Origin: Cladosporium halotolerans
Lineage: Eukaryota
Direction of reading: 5' to 3'
Assembly (NCBI RefSeq): GCF_011745625.1
Contig: NW_027191459.1
Coordinates: 1 to 64,000 of the forward strand
DNA length: 64,000 nt
Below, piece after piece: positions 37,054 through 48,623 of the stretch. Position 1 is the stretch's first letter, and each line of letters begins with the position of its first letter. The notes beneath the pieces were generated by a model. The model was given only the letters and a program-made list of their open reading frames with translations, was not told where the DNA came from and did no database searches. A program made the translations under genes and the position numbers.

Positions 37054-40000
37054 TTAGTGGAAGAAGTACTTGCTCTGGCGCAGCCTCTTGACGTCGAAGT
37101 CGCCCTTAGCCGGGACTTCGGGGAAGGTGAGCGGCAGCCAGACGTAAAGCTTGCGGTCATAGGTCTTGCCGGAGCGCGAGGTCGTCCTGCCCTTAACGCG
37201 CGACTTGGACTTCGCCTCCGCGTCGCCGGCCTCGTCGACGACGTCTTCGGCCGCGTTGGGCTCGGCGGCAGAGACCTCGTCGTGGGCCGCGTCCAGGTCC
37301 TTTGGACTCACGCCCACGGCGTCGGCGTCCTCGGGCAGCTCGCCGAGCTTCTGGCCGCCCATGTCAGGGGAGGGCGTGAAGGCCGTGGCGTCGCCGCCGC
37401 TGAGCCAGATGGTGGCGGGAGTGACCATGGCCTCGCCCTTGGCGCGCTCGGCGGGGTCCTCGCTGGCGATCAGGCGCATGCGTTCGCGCTCGAGACCGAC
37501 CTCGGAGGTCTCGCCGACGCGACTCTTCGTGTCCTTGCGGAAGGCGATGATCTTTCGGCCGACCTCGCTGTTGGCGACCACGGAGGCGAGGTACATGTGG
37601 TCCTTGTAGCGCGTGACGAACTCCTCGCGCAGGCGGCCGATGATGTCCTCGCTGTGCATGGCGACGAAAGCATCACGGAGGACGACGCTCATCTTCTCAA
37701 TGTCGCCCGCGTGCGTCCAGAAGGAGTCGTGGACGGAGGCGAAGGTAAGACCGATTTCGTTGCACTTCAGCGCGCTGAGCATCATGTGTGTTGCGTCAAG
37801 GGAGTGAATGAAGTTGGGAGGGAAGGCTTGCAGCTGCTTGCGCTTGCTCACCGGGTCCCAGACTTGCGGCTCCTGCAGTGTGATCTTCTGCATGTTGGTC
37901 ATAACAGTGCGAGAAGAGCCCGATCGATAGGGTTGCACCACAGGAATACGAAGAGGCGTAGTCCAGGTGACGCTCGACTTGAAGAGGGGCTTCGCGTTGG
38001 TCAAATGAGCTTTATCCTCAATCGATGTCCCTCCAGACGACGTAGCCTTCTTCTCGGCCTTTATCTCTTGTTCTGCAAGCATCTTGTCTCTCCTTCGCTG
38101 GATCACCTTCTTGCCTTTGGTCCCAGCAGCCTTCATATCCACCTGTGTCTGGACGTCTGCTGTAAGCTGCTCAACCTGCTCGGGACTTAAGGAGGTAGAA
38201 ATGCGATCCGCGCATGTACCGAGCCAAACCTGAATTGCCTGCGCGCCCTTGAACATGGAGCCCAGCGACTTGAAGATTTTGGTGGCAATGTATTGCGACA
38301 TATTGCCAGGGTTGACTTCACCATGGGAACGAAGATTAGGGAATATGTCCACGATCTGCTTCTTGACTTGGGCTCTCGCGCCAAAGAAGGTCACACCGTA
38401 CACGTTGGTCATGACGGGTTGCTTGACGACCTTACGCGAAATGTTTCCCTGTAGCATTTTGGCAACAGGGTCTCCAGCAGCAGCGTCGCATTCGACTTCT
38501 TCTTTCACCGCATTCGCGACCGCAGTGTAGATATCTGCGGGACGGTCGCCTGGCTCCAAGTTGACCTGTGCGGCACCAGCTTTATCGCCACCAAGAGCAG
38601 CGTAATGTTGTAGGCCGTTGCATGTACCGTCCTGGTGGGTTGGAAGGTGTGAGACATACTTTGTTGGGTCCGGAGAATCCAAGGCGGCGGTAAGCTCGTA
38701 GCAGGCCGCGAGTGTTTGCCACGCGTCTTCAGATTCCAGCCACCAGCGACGGCCGTTCAGAGGGTTCTTGACCGAATCGTAAATGTCGTCCAGGTGTTGC
38801 ATCGTAAAATCCTCGCGCTCTTGCAGACTTGCTTTGTCGTAGCCGGCAACGTTGGCCAGGTGGATTTTGAGCCATCTCAGCCCTACCTCACCAAGCTCCT
38901 TGCCCTCTCCGAACATCATGAGACCCCTCGCGTTGTCGGCGCCCATGTGATTCAGATATGGAGGAATGGGGTACGCGCGACCGCGGAAGTCCATGTTGTG
39001 AGGGAAGTAAAGGGTTTCGTTCGCGAACGCCCTCGCGATCTCCAGTTGAAAATTCTGGAAGCAGCGTTGTGAGTGCACTCCCGTCTTCTTGTTCTCCAAC
39101 TCACGAATTTCATTCAGCCATATACGTCGGGGACCTGGATCTGTGGAGGGTTCTGGCTCTTCTGGCATCTCGTATGTCGGATTCATGGGCGCAAAGTTGG
39201 CGATGCTCTCGCCCGAGTTCCAAGCTTCGATCTGAACCTTGAGAACATGGTGGTTGAGTTTCCACGGCACCCGGCCGAGAGCCGTCAGGCCTGCATAGAT
39301 CTGTTTCGTGTCGCCTTTGGACTCAGCCGCCATGAAGTAGTCTTTCCCACTCTTATCACCAATGGGAATTCTCATGATAGGTGTAGGGTATTGCAAGTAT
39401 CCGCCTTCGCTCCAGCTGGTCCACGGCCTCGGTTCCACGATCATTGGCATGCGCTTGGCAATCAGCGATCCTAGCGGCTCATGTTCTAATCTTTTCTGGA
39501 GATCAGGATGCGGCATGACCATGCCGACCCGTTTTCCCATCGTGAACTTCATGGTATGCAGAAATGCTGGTTGCATCTGAGTGACCTTCTCTCTGGTTCG
39601 AGGATGCTCTCTCGTAACAGGGAACTGTGCAGTTTCAACAAGCTTGGAAATAAGCATTGCGCCCAACTTGGCTTTGGTGTCGAGAGGCCAAGACAGAAAC
39701 GGTTTGATGGCCTTCACGTCCTGGGGCCGGCTTGGTTTTGAATCAGGTGTCGTTGTCGTGTTGTGATCTTTGCCCATAGCATGATCGGCGTTTTGGGGCG
39801 AAGCAGCTGCCTTTGCCTTGCGGCGCTGACGAGCTTTGTTAAGCCTCGCCTGTTTGGCTGCGTCAATGGCACACTCCTGCTCAATTGCTTTTCCGAGTCC
39901 CATGACAAGCGACGCAAGTTTCGTATCTGGGCAATAGATATCGGTGTCTCGGTCCTTGCCTTTCGTCATTGCGGTCATGGAAAACAGAATGGTGTTGGCG

Positions 40001-41397
40001 GCCACCTTGCGCAAAGGCAATAGCTCCAGGTAGGGCGCATAAGTGACACGATCGGAGTGACCGGTGACGTTGGTGGTGCTAGCCAATATCTTCTTGCACT
40101 CCTCCAATTCTTTCTCCAGTACCGGCAAAAGCGCAGAGTACCACTGCCACATGAGCGCGCCAAGAGGCTTCGTCTGCATAGCGGTAGAAATGCCGAGTTT
40201 TCTCAGCTCGTTGTCCTCCTTCCGCCACCTCTCAAGAGCAATGTCCACAGAGGTCTCCTCCATGATGCGCTGCCTTTCGTATGCGCGCAAGCGTTGCGCT
40301 TCGGGAGACGCAGTCGAAGGTAGGGCGGGAAGCCGAGTCCAGGCTTCCAAAGATTTCTTGATGTCATCCAGACCCGACCCCTTTTGGTCAGTCCGCGCCA
40401 CAGACGGGAGGTCCTCTATTACGATCTTGTCAAGCCTCTGCAGCTGTGTCATATCCATCTCTTCGGTTTCGGTTACCTCGGGTTCTTCCATTTCTACTTC
40501 CTCGTAAAATTCCGAAGTGGCGGCTCCGAGGATAGTGAACTCATTATCGTCATAATCCTCAGAAGACAGCACCTCATCGTAAGTTTCATCCCCGAGCTTG
40601 CTGGCCATTTGAGCATATCTACGGATCGCCCTGTCCCTCTGGGATCCTTGTAGGCCACGAATAGCAGCCCTGACCATGACGACCAGAATCTTCGCATCAG
40701 GTTGTATTCCGTTCGAATTGACCTCCACCTCGAACCACTTCTGCATCTTGCGCTGAAACTTGGGGCGTTCTGCTGTGGATGAAGCCGCCAAGTGGCGCAA
40801 GAGTTCTTCCAGGTATGCGGTATGCGCATGCAAAACTTCGGGCGAATTAAGCGGACTTTGCTCAGCCAGCCTCCGAATGATGTTCTCAGCCCTGCTCATG
40901 CGACCGACTCGCAGCGTCGTGTATAGATGTTGCAGCAATTCCATAGAAGTACCGACTATGCCGTTCTGAATCTTGATCAAAGGATCTGCCGTCTTAACGG
41001 TGTTGTTGATGATGACCGGGTCGGAATAAGGTCGTAGGTTCGCCATGCTGGGCTCTGAAGGATTCTTGGTGTCCCAAGGGATGTTCGGATCTTGCGCGGG
41101 GCTCCGGAAAGCATTAAGAGGAGCACCATTGGGTTGATACTCATGTTCTTGTCGGGAGATGGTCTGGTCCGTCGAAGTGGCTAAATGCCGCACGTGTGCC
41201 CTTGCCTGCTGCGAGGCTTTCGAGTCGCTCCGTCGTCGGGCGCGTGGCGAAGGCTGTGTCGATGCTGGCGAGTGCGTGGCGCTCCATCTCAACTGCGCCG
41301 GGGCGAGCCATGGCAGACTGAGCTGTGCAAAGGAGGAGGCAAGAAGTCTGGATGTATGACGCTGCTGTCTCCGGCCAGCAGATCGAACGAGCATCAT
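37054..41397 (-). CDS. RPO41: Mitochondrial (T7-like, single-subunit) DNA-directed RNA polymerase
   Basis: Motifs HNMDFRGRAYP, HQDGTCNGLQHY (motif A), RKVVKQPVMTNVYG (motif B), PPNFIHSLDA, SVHDSFWT (motif C) and terminal YFFH. Arg-rich mitochondrial presequence starts at MMLVRSAGRR (41397 or 41394). Intronless. Confidence 0.96.
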   Translation of the reverse strand: MMLVRSAGRRQQRHTSRLLASSFAQLSLPWLAPAQLRWSATHSPASTQPSPRARRRSDSKASQQARAHVRHLATSTDQTISRQEHEYQPNGAPLNAFRSPAQDPNIPWDTKNPSEPSMANLRPYSDPVIINNTVKTADPLIKIQNGIVGTSMELLQHLYTTLRVGRMSRAENIIRRLAEQSPLNSPEVLHAHTAYLEELLRHLAASSTAERPKFQRKMQKWFEVEVNSNGIQPDAKILVVMVRAAIRGLQGSQRDRAIRRYAQMASKLGDETYDEVLSSEDYDDNEFTILGAATSEFYEEVEMEEPEVTETEEMDMTQLQRLDKIVIEDLPSVARTDQKGSGLDDIKKSLEAWTRLPALPSTASPEAQRLRAYERQRIMEETSVDIALERWRKEDNELRKLGISTAMQTKPLGALMWQWYSALLPVLEKELEECKKILASTTNVTGHSDRVTYAPYLELLPLRKVAANTILFSMTAMTKGKDRDTDIYCPDTKLASLVMGLGKAIEQECAIDAAKQARLNKARQRRKAKAAASPQNADHAMGKDHNTTTTPDSKPSRPQDVKAIKPFLSWPLDTKAKLGAMLISKLVETAQFPVTREHPRTREKVTQMQPAFLHTMKFTMGKRVGMVMPHPDLQKRLEHEPLGSLIAKRMPMIVEPRPWTSWSEGGYLQYPTPIMRIPIGDKSGKDYFMAAESKGDTKQIYAGLTALGRVPWKLNHHVLKVQIEAWNSGESIANFAPMNPTYEMPEEPEPSTDPGPRRIWLNEIRELENKKTGVHSQRCFQNFQLEIARAFANETLYFPHNMDFRGRAYPIPPYLNHMGADNARGLMMFGEGKELGEVGLRWLKIHLANVAGYDKASLQEREDFTMQHLDDIYDSVKNPLNGRRWWLESEDAWQTLAACYELTAALDSPDPTKYVSHLPTHQDGTCNGLQHYAALGGDKAGAAQVNLEPGDRPADIYTAVANAVKEEVECDAAAGDPVAKMLQGNISRKVVKQPVMTNVYGVTFFGARAQVKKQIVDIFPNLRSHGEVNPGNMSQYIATKIFKSLGSMFKGAQAIQVWLGTCADRISTSLSPEQVEQLTADVQTQVDMKAAGTKGKKVIQRRRDKMLAEQEIKAEKKATSSGGTSIEDKAHLTNAKPLFKSSVTWTTPLRIPVVQPYRSGSSRTVMTNMQKITLQEPQVWDPVSKRKQLQAFPPNFIHSLDATHMMLSALKCNEIGLTFASVHDSFWTHAGDIEKMSVVLRDAFVAMHSEDIIGRLREEFVTRYKDHMYLASVVANSEVGRKIIAFRKDTKSRVGETSEVGLERERMRLIASEDPAERAKGEAMVTPATIWLSGGDATAFTPSPDMGGQKLGELPEDADAVGVSPKDLDAAHDEVSAAEPNAAEDVVDEAGDAEAKSKSRVKGRTTSRSGKTYDRKLYVWLPLTFPEVPAKGDFDVKRLRQSKYFFH

Positions 41398-41997
41398 CGC
41401 GGTCCTGTGTATTAGGGGTATAGAAGGGCGGGTAACGGCGAGGCGCGTCGCATAGACTACACGCCGGATGCCGCACGTAACAACAAGAAGGAAGGAATGG
41501 CGTAAAGCGTTGGCGGATGAAAACGAAAAGCGAAGCTGGGAGCACACGACCTCGCGCGAAAGTTCACTCTCAGGGAGCGAGCAGACCCAGCTTCGAGAAG
41601 ACTTGGCGGAAGCGGGCCGCGGCAGGAAGCGTTAGAAAGGGGAGGCATGGAAACCTTAAATTTGCCACCATTGCTGCTCGATCCGGTTCTACGCATACTA
41701 GACGCATCTTGCTGATGCCCGAGCTTCGTCATCAGCCAAAGCATTCAGATGCACAGGATTTGTTATCACAGAAATATTGACCCATTGGCGCCATTCCAGG
41801 ATATTTGAAGGAAGGGCTTATTCGGCGATGTCACGATCTATCATAAGACCTCTGAAATGAATAACACTCTTCGCATCGTTCATTCGAACAAGCCACCTGT
41901 ACTTTCAAATACTCAAATCTCACTCTTTCGAATTTACCAAAGCCGTCTCAATTTCAGTCATGTTCTACCAGTACAACCTTCCCGGAAGTCGCCCCGC

Positions 41998-44900
41998 TCA
42001 CTGATAAATCGGGACGACCGTCGTCCGCCTCACGCAGACGCTCCCGGACACCGATCCATAGCGCGTAGAAAGCGACGACTTATCATGATGACATCCGTTC
42101 GCATGCTTGCAGGGCTTAGTGATCGTCACAGTCTCCGGCTGTGTGTGGTGACAGCGTGTGGAGTCGGCGCACACATGCGTCGTTTTTGTATAGATTATTG
42201 GCGGAACCGTTGTTGAGGTCGTCGAGTTAGAAGAGGACGGAGTGCTTGACGGAGTCGAAGTCGAAATTGATGTCGAACTTGAGCTACTCGATGAGGCTGT
42301 TGAGCTAGGAAACGGACTGCTGGACGATGTGCTCGAGGTTGAGGACGTGCTGCTTGACGATGTACTGGAACCTGGTGGGATGCTAGAGCTGGACGATGAG
42401 GAACTTGTCGTTGCCGTAGAGACAGAAGAAGTGGTCGATGTTGTGCTGCTGCTAGAAGTCGTCGAAGAGCTCGTTGAAGTCACAGGGACAGTTGATGAAG
42501 ATGAAGATGATGACGTCGTCGTCGTTGTGGTCGTTGTCGTTATCGGGATCGAGGAAGAGTCGGAGCTGAAGCTAGACGAGGTGGTACTCGTAGTGACTGT
42601 CGAGGAGCTGCTGCTTAAAGGAGAGGAAGAAGAGGATGTGCTAGAGCTCAAGGTGGTGGTGGTTGTAGTGATGGTAGTAGTCGTCGTCGTTGTGGTAGTC
42701 GCCCTCGTCGTTGTCGTCGGAGGTGGGGTTTCCGTAACGGATGATGAGGAGCTCGTTGTTGTCCTGGAAGACAGTTAGTGCATGTGCCGTGGGTAATTTA
42801 GAACAGCAGTCGCACGTTGTAGTCGTGGTGTCTATCGACGTTGTCCTTCAAATTGGTCAGCCAACTTTTAATCAAATGTCAAATGGACATTGTTACGTCG
42901 TGGAAGTCGTGGTCGTGCTCGTCGTTGTTCTTCAGGAAATCAAAGGTTAGCAAATCATGACCACTGTTAGTGCTACCGGACAATGTCTTACGTCGTGGTG
43001 CTTGAACTTGTGGTTGTCGTTGTTGTGCTCGTTGTTTCTTCCGGATACTGGGGCGGCACTTCCTCGCTGCTCGAGCTGCTCGTAGTGGTGGTAGTGGTGG
43101 TAGTGGTGCTTCAGCGTTGTGAGTGAGAGCAACCATAACGCCGCATTTTCACGATGCTGCACTTACGTAGTTTCATCCGGATACTGTGGCGGTACTTCAT
43201 CACTGGTGGTGCTGCTCGTTATCTCGGTGCTCGTCGAGGGAGTGGTCCTTTGCTAATGTCAGGGCATAATCTAGCGTGATGGAGGGGGGCTCTCACGTCG
43301 TAGTGGTCTCACCCGGGTATGCCGCCGGCGGTGGATCAGCTCTAACAGCGATGACGATGTCGTCCGCAGGCTCGTAACTTGTAGCCACTTCAGAGAAGTA
43401 GCAGAAGCCGTCGGCAAAGTAAACCGATCCGCAATATAGTGAGGTATCGCATTCTGTCAGACAATCGGACAATGATGGCGCAGACCTACTATAGTAGGCA
43501 GGACCGTACGGTTTTAAGTTGCATGAAAAGGCGTAAACCTCCCCAGATTGATCGGCCAGGGTCGTGCCATTGCCACCAATTTCCGCAATGTCATCACAAT
43601 CTTCTGGTATTACACTGGCGGTCGGGACTGAGCTCTCGCTACTCGTTGCTGCTGATGTTTCTGATGTTTCCGATGCTGCTGGTGTCGTTTCCGATGTCGT
43701 TGATGCTTCCGACGTCGTTGACGTTTCTGATGTCGTTGACGTCGTTGGAGTTGCTAATGATGTTGATGTTTCTGACGGTGTTGATGTTTCTGATGGTGTT
43801 GATGTTTCTGATGGTGTTGATGTTTCCGATTGCGTCGTACTTCACCAAGTCAGAAGGTCGCTAACAATTTCACAAGCCCTTGAAAGGGGTGGAAAGACTT
43901 ACATCGTCGTCGCTGTCTCAGACTCAGAAGCGCTGATAAGGAAAGGTCAGCAGATATCATCTCCCTGCTACTGGATCAAAGTGCTCACCTGCTTGACGTC
44001 GAGGTAAGCATCGTTAAAGTGGTCTGATACATCTGTCAGCAAACTCATCCTATTTGCGGAAAGCTGCATTTTCCTGAGAAATTTTCACTTGCCGTCGTGT
44101 TAGGGGCGTTGGCGGGGCAGTAATAGATTCCCATAGCAGCAAAGCCACCACACATCTGGGTCCTATTTCCGTTGCAAGCAAACTCCGGGTCTGAACACGT
44201 GATGAGAATGTCGCCCGCGGCCGTGTTGCCTGAGGCCAGTTGGTGAGGCGGCTGGATAGCGTTGTCGCAATAGCATTCTGAGCCGTACTCGACGCCTGCG
44301 TACGTGAAGCCGCGGCCCAAGCAGACCGATACACAGAGATCGATCGTCATGAGGTTGCGGTCGAGATTGTCATTCCTACTATCCAGAGCGCGGGGAGGCC
44401 CGTCATCGTCATAGCAGCCTACCCAATTGCATCCACTGACCACCAAGGGAGTAGCTAGGGGCGCTGCTGTATAGCTGGGCATCCTTGTGCTAGTCATGGA
44501 CCCTCCGGGCATATGCTGGTTCGGGGCGCAATTTCCGCCTTCGCAAAGTGGCTGTGTGGTCGTGTAGACTGTAGTGACACCGGCCAAGTCGGTGGTTGTC
44601 ACCGGAAACTCCGTCGTGCCGGTCGTCAATGGGCCATATTGCGTAGGCCCGGTGCTCGTGTACTCTGTGACGCCTCCAGTCGAGTCGGTTGTCGCGACTC
44701 TAGTCAGCGGAGCACGAGCGATACCATTGAACGTACACGGAGATTCCTGGGGTTTGGGAGAGAATCTTGGGCCGTCAATCTGATACATGCTCAACCGGAA
44801 GTAGCCTCCACACCTGTCCGTCGAATCGGCGCAACAGGAGTAGCATTCTGTAGAGAATCTGAAGTCAGCGTTGGTAGCGCAACGGAAGCCTTTGGTCTCA

Positions 44901-46129
44901 GCTAGAGATCAGGGACCTCTTTTTCCTAGGACATACTGAGACCTTGTTAGCACGGCCACAACACTCATCTATTTAATCAATCTTACCCGCCTTGACAATC
45001 GGCCAGTTGGGCGTTATTCTCTATCTCATTGCCGCAATAGCCTGCGTCGGTGTCAGTCGATCACCAACACTATCTCATGGTAAACACTCACACTCGTTTC
45101 CGTACTCGAGACCAAAATATGTGTATCCCTGGCAGAACGCGGAGCATTTCTCGATCGATCCCACGTTGGTGTTTGAGGAATTTCCCTGCAAGGTCCTTGA
45201 GTCTACATTGTCTCTGTAACAGCCGATGTAGATGTAATCGCCGTATTTCGGCTGGATGTAGGAATCGATGATGTACTGAAAGGCCGTCGCATATGGATCG
45301 TATGCGGTCGATGTTTGGCCAGCTTTCGCGTACTGCAAGACAGTCATCAGCGGATATGTGCTGGCCATGTAGACAAGGCTGTGCGCACAAATCCAAGCGT
45401 CCCGAATCCGCCGCAAAGCTCAGTGTTGTCGCCTTTGCAGGCGAAATCCGGATCGAAGCAGGTCAATGCAGACTCCGTGTTGACTTGCCGAGAATCGCCG
45501 TTCAAAAAGTCACCGCAATAGCCTTGAGGTCAAGGTCAGTATCTTACTGGCCGTTCAACAATTTCCATGTGTCCACTCACATTCGGATCCAAACTCTACG
45601 CCGAAGAAGTTGTAGCCTTGACACTAATCGTCCGGAATCAGCACTGTGCATGAAGTGTAACCCCGACGCCTGTTGCGCTGACGAACGAAAGGCCATGACG
45701 CCACGAAACGTACTGAGACGTGTCAGCACACTTCATCGCATAATCAATGATCATGTATCTTACCAAATTGAGCGCACACTTCAACAGTGACATTGACCTC
45801 GGGAGGGAGCATGGCATCAGATAAGGCGCGGCCCCCATTCGAGAGCTCTCTATAACAGCCGATCCATGAGAAGCCTGTTGCAAAAGAGCAATATGTCAAT
45901 GCACCTGCCAGCTTTCGGAACGATGGAGTCGACTGCAAAGCTTACCGTAACCCGGGTCGAGGATAGTCCGTGGTCCGTTGCTGCCATCGGGTTGTTGACG
46001 CCGTTCATGACTATCTTGTCGTATCGCCGGAACATAGTCCGGACTTAGCATCTCCCATCCTGCCAAAACACGATGAGCAAAGTAGGCAGTTATGAGAACC
46101 CACACGGGAAAGAATGTCCTGCTGGCCAT
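41998..46129 (-). CDS. Secreted multi-WSC-domain, Ser/Thr-rich (mucin-like) protein with many small exons
   Basis: Signal peptide MASRTFFPVWVLITAYFAHRVLA. Three WSC signatures: WIGCY..VEVCAQF, YIGCY..CSAFCQGYTYFGLEYGNEC and WVGCY..CVSVC..YAGVEYGSECYC. Long S/T tracts and more than ten short introns. The exon structure is only partly resolved. Confidence 0.8.
43761..43829. repeat. 18-bp coding tandem repeat, about 4 copies (SETSTP on the minus strand)
   Basis: TGTTGATGTTTCTGAYGG repeats directly at 43761, 43779, 43797 and 43815, with more degenerate units back to about 43650. Confidence 0.85.
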
Positions 46130-46619
46130 GGTGCCAGCTGCTTGCAATATTGAACGACTGTGTATCTCCACGCTGGTCTAGAGGACGAGATAAGAGAAAA
46201 CAGGCATATAGGGAGTGTTGTTGCTGAGTGCAGGGCGTTGCATGGGACGGGGCGATATTGCATTCCTCGTCCCGAAGAGACGGGAGAGCAATGATCAACG
46301 CCATACTTCACATAGATGCGAAGTACGGCCAACTGTGAAGATGTGTTCAGATCACGAAATCATCGACATGTATCTTAATCGCTCCTAGAAAGACCGGCAC
46401 ATCAATTCCGTAATCGAGATCGCCGAGAGATCAAGAATGCAGGCAAACGCTGAGTAGCTGGAGCCATGCAATGCTTGTCATGATGAAGCCAGGGATTGCC
46501 CAGGCCACACGGCAAAAAGAACCATGTTGTCGGGTCACAGAGCAACGGGGTGATACCCACGGTCACAATATGGGCAAGAATGGCAAAAAAGAAAGGTCTG
46601 ATCATGCTTTGATAGGAAT

Positions 46620-46741
46620 AGCCGAAGGTGGGGCTCGAACCCACGACCTTGAGGTTGATCTCTTGAACTGATACCAACTACCGTGTCATGGTAGATGATG
46701 GTCATAAGAGCCACACGCTCTACCGATTGAGCTACCCCGGC
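46620..46741 (-). tRNA. tRNA-Lys(CTT) with a canonical 49-nt intron at position 37/38 (46656-46704)
   Basis: Reverse complement reads GCCGGGG TA GCTC AATCGGTA GAGC G TGTGG CTCTTA [intron] A CCTCA AGGTC GTGGG TTCGAGC CCCAC CTTCGGC T, which is 73 nt mature. A T6 terminator lies at 46585-46590 on the minus strand. Confidence 0.9.
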
Positions 46742-48377
46742 AAGGGTAATGATTGATGAAGGGAGGAGAGGGTCACGCGTATAAGAATCGTGCGCTAAAT
46801 CTTTTTTCCGACCAAAATCGGCTGAAAAATGAATTTGTGAAGCAATTCACTTCCAAATTACGTGCCTTCCTATTTCGTGGAAATCGCTCACCCACGTCGC
46901 GCGTCGAAAGTCTGTAAGTTGGGAGTGATCGGGTTGGCCATGTTTATCGTATGGTTCAGCCTCGACTGTACAGCATCGATAGCCACCGAGATACCTCGAT
47001 TGGAAGCCCTTGTGCATGGGTATTTGATGTCCAGCGAAGAAAAAAAAATTCTGCCTTCAGGTCGAAGTACAATCGGCGGCCTGGTCACGATCCTACTTCT
47101 ACCGCTATCATTCTCGGTCAAGTATACTATTGTGTGTTGTCTCGTGCAGTGTTGTGTTTGGTGGTCTACCACCGCCGAAGCGGAATGGAACAATTTCATA
47201 GAAATTGACGACGTGCAATGACGACGACCGATCAATGCCAAAGTACGCATGAAGAATTTCCATCGCATCTCGTCGAAAGTAATGCACCTCCCAGCGAGCA
47301 TCGCCAGAACACCAATCCACGTTGCTGCAGAGAAGTAATTCCCACAAGCCAACCCCAACCCTTACCCTAACAACCCCACCGGCGCACCACCGCCGCCGAC
47401 TGCCACCTCCTCGAGCCGATCATTGATATTCTGCCGCACAAGACCCACAGGCAGAATTCATCATCTCCCTGCACGGTTCTCCTCCAGACGACCTCGCAAG
47501 CACAGACGCCGCTCGGCAAGATCTCCCCGACCGCGACGGCGCTCCGATTCCGAAAGTCGCTTGCTGAGTAAACCAGACGTGGCAAGCGTGGCAGGGCTTC
47601 GTTCACCGACTGGGGAGCTAGGGACGGCTAGGTCGCTGATGGGGTCATGGATAGTTTTTTGCCCTAGTTCTTTTTTTCGCTGAGTCAAAGGCAGATGTGG
47701 AATGTCTGTGGTGTCGCTTTTGTACACGGGACTTGAGAGTCATTGCCACTGTAGAGGCGACTTTCACATATTGACGTGGGCCGGCGCTTCGTGCGACGGG
47801 GAGTTGAAGTGGTCGCGCGACCGACTGGAGGCATGACATTGACAAAGTTTGAAGTCAAATTCGAAGCGCAATTGATGCTCGGTGAGCTTTCAATCTATTC
47901 GCTACAGGTAATCCAACACAGCCTGATGCTCTATCCAAGTCCTGTGCACCTCGTTTCCCATGCCTCTCTCCCGCCGCACGTCCTGTTGAGCGGGATCACC
48001 CCGTTCCAGCGCCAAAGACGTGTGCTCTATGACAGTACACCGTTGCGTGGGCATAATGAGCCCAGCGTAGCACGTACTGCCAGTCTGGCTACCCCGAGTC
48101 ATCTCGCCTTGCCGACACCATTGGTGCTTTTGATCGTCGCCAATGCACCACCATCCACAAGACAGCTAGCAGATTGCTTAGCCGGATGGGCGCTTCATAA
48201 GTTGAATTGGCGTTCTACCGTCCGAGTGAATACTGTCGATGTCCGCGTCCGTTGAGGTTATTGATGTAGATCGTATAGATCGTAGAGTCGTGAATCATTC
48301 TGATCGTGATAAATGTCGCAACCGGTCAACCAGCGCCGGTGCGATGCTGCGTCTCAGAAATAAGGTTGGCCAGTCGC

Positions 48378-48623
48378 TCACGCCTTGTTCTTGCGCAGAG
48401 AGAAAGCACGCAAGCGTGTCTTCACAGGAGTTGCTGTTGTCTGCGAAGACGGCGATGAAGGCCTTCCGCTTGAAGACTGACTGCTGTCGCTCGCGGTCGA
48501 GATGCTGCCCGACGATGCTGACCGTCTGCGAGTCTCGTCGATTGTCGCCTCAAGACTCACGTTGGCGTTTGAGTAAGGTGTGTCGCATGTGTCGAGGATC
48601 TCGACGAATTTGGAGGACGACAT
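48378..48623 (-). CDS. Small (81 aa) Ser-rich hypothetical protein
   Basis: Clean ATG in a good context (CGACC ATG TCG). The MSSSKFVEILD..PYS.ANVSL N-terminus resembles small Pezizomycotina hypothetical proteins, from memory and not searched. It is the only plausible ORF in an otherwise gene-free region of about 4 kb. Confidence 0.6.
   Translation of the reverse strand: MSSSKFVEILDTCDTPYSNANVSLEATIDETRRRSASSGSISTASDSSQSSSGRPSSPSSQTTATPVKTRLRAFSLRKNKA

Noticed and set aside
37054..41397. Phage T7-like RNA polymerase as evidence of a viral or plasmid insertion
   Set aside because: The mitochondrial presequence, long N-terminal extension and housekeeping neighbourhood identify the ordinary nuclear RPO41 gene.
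43650..43830. Short direct repeats as a CRISPR-like array
   Set aside because: Head-to-tail coding minisatellite with no unique spacers, in a eukaryotic exon.
47349..47378. CCCTAA-like degenerate repeats, also at about 5500-5530
   Set aside because: Only one exact telomeric unit in a C-rich or G-rich tract; the second case lies in an intron. Not an interstitial telomere array.
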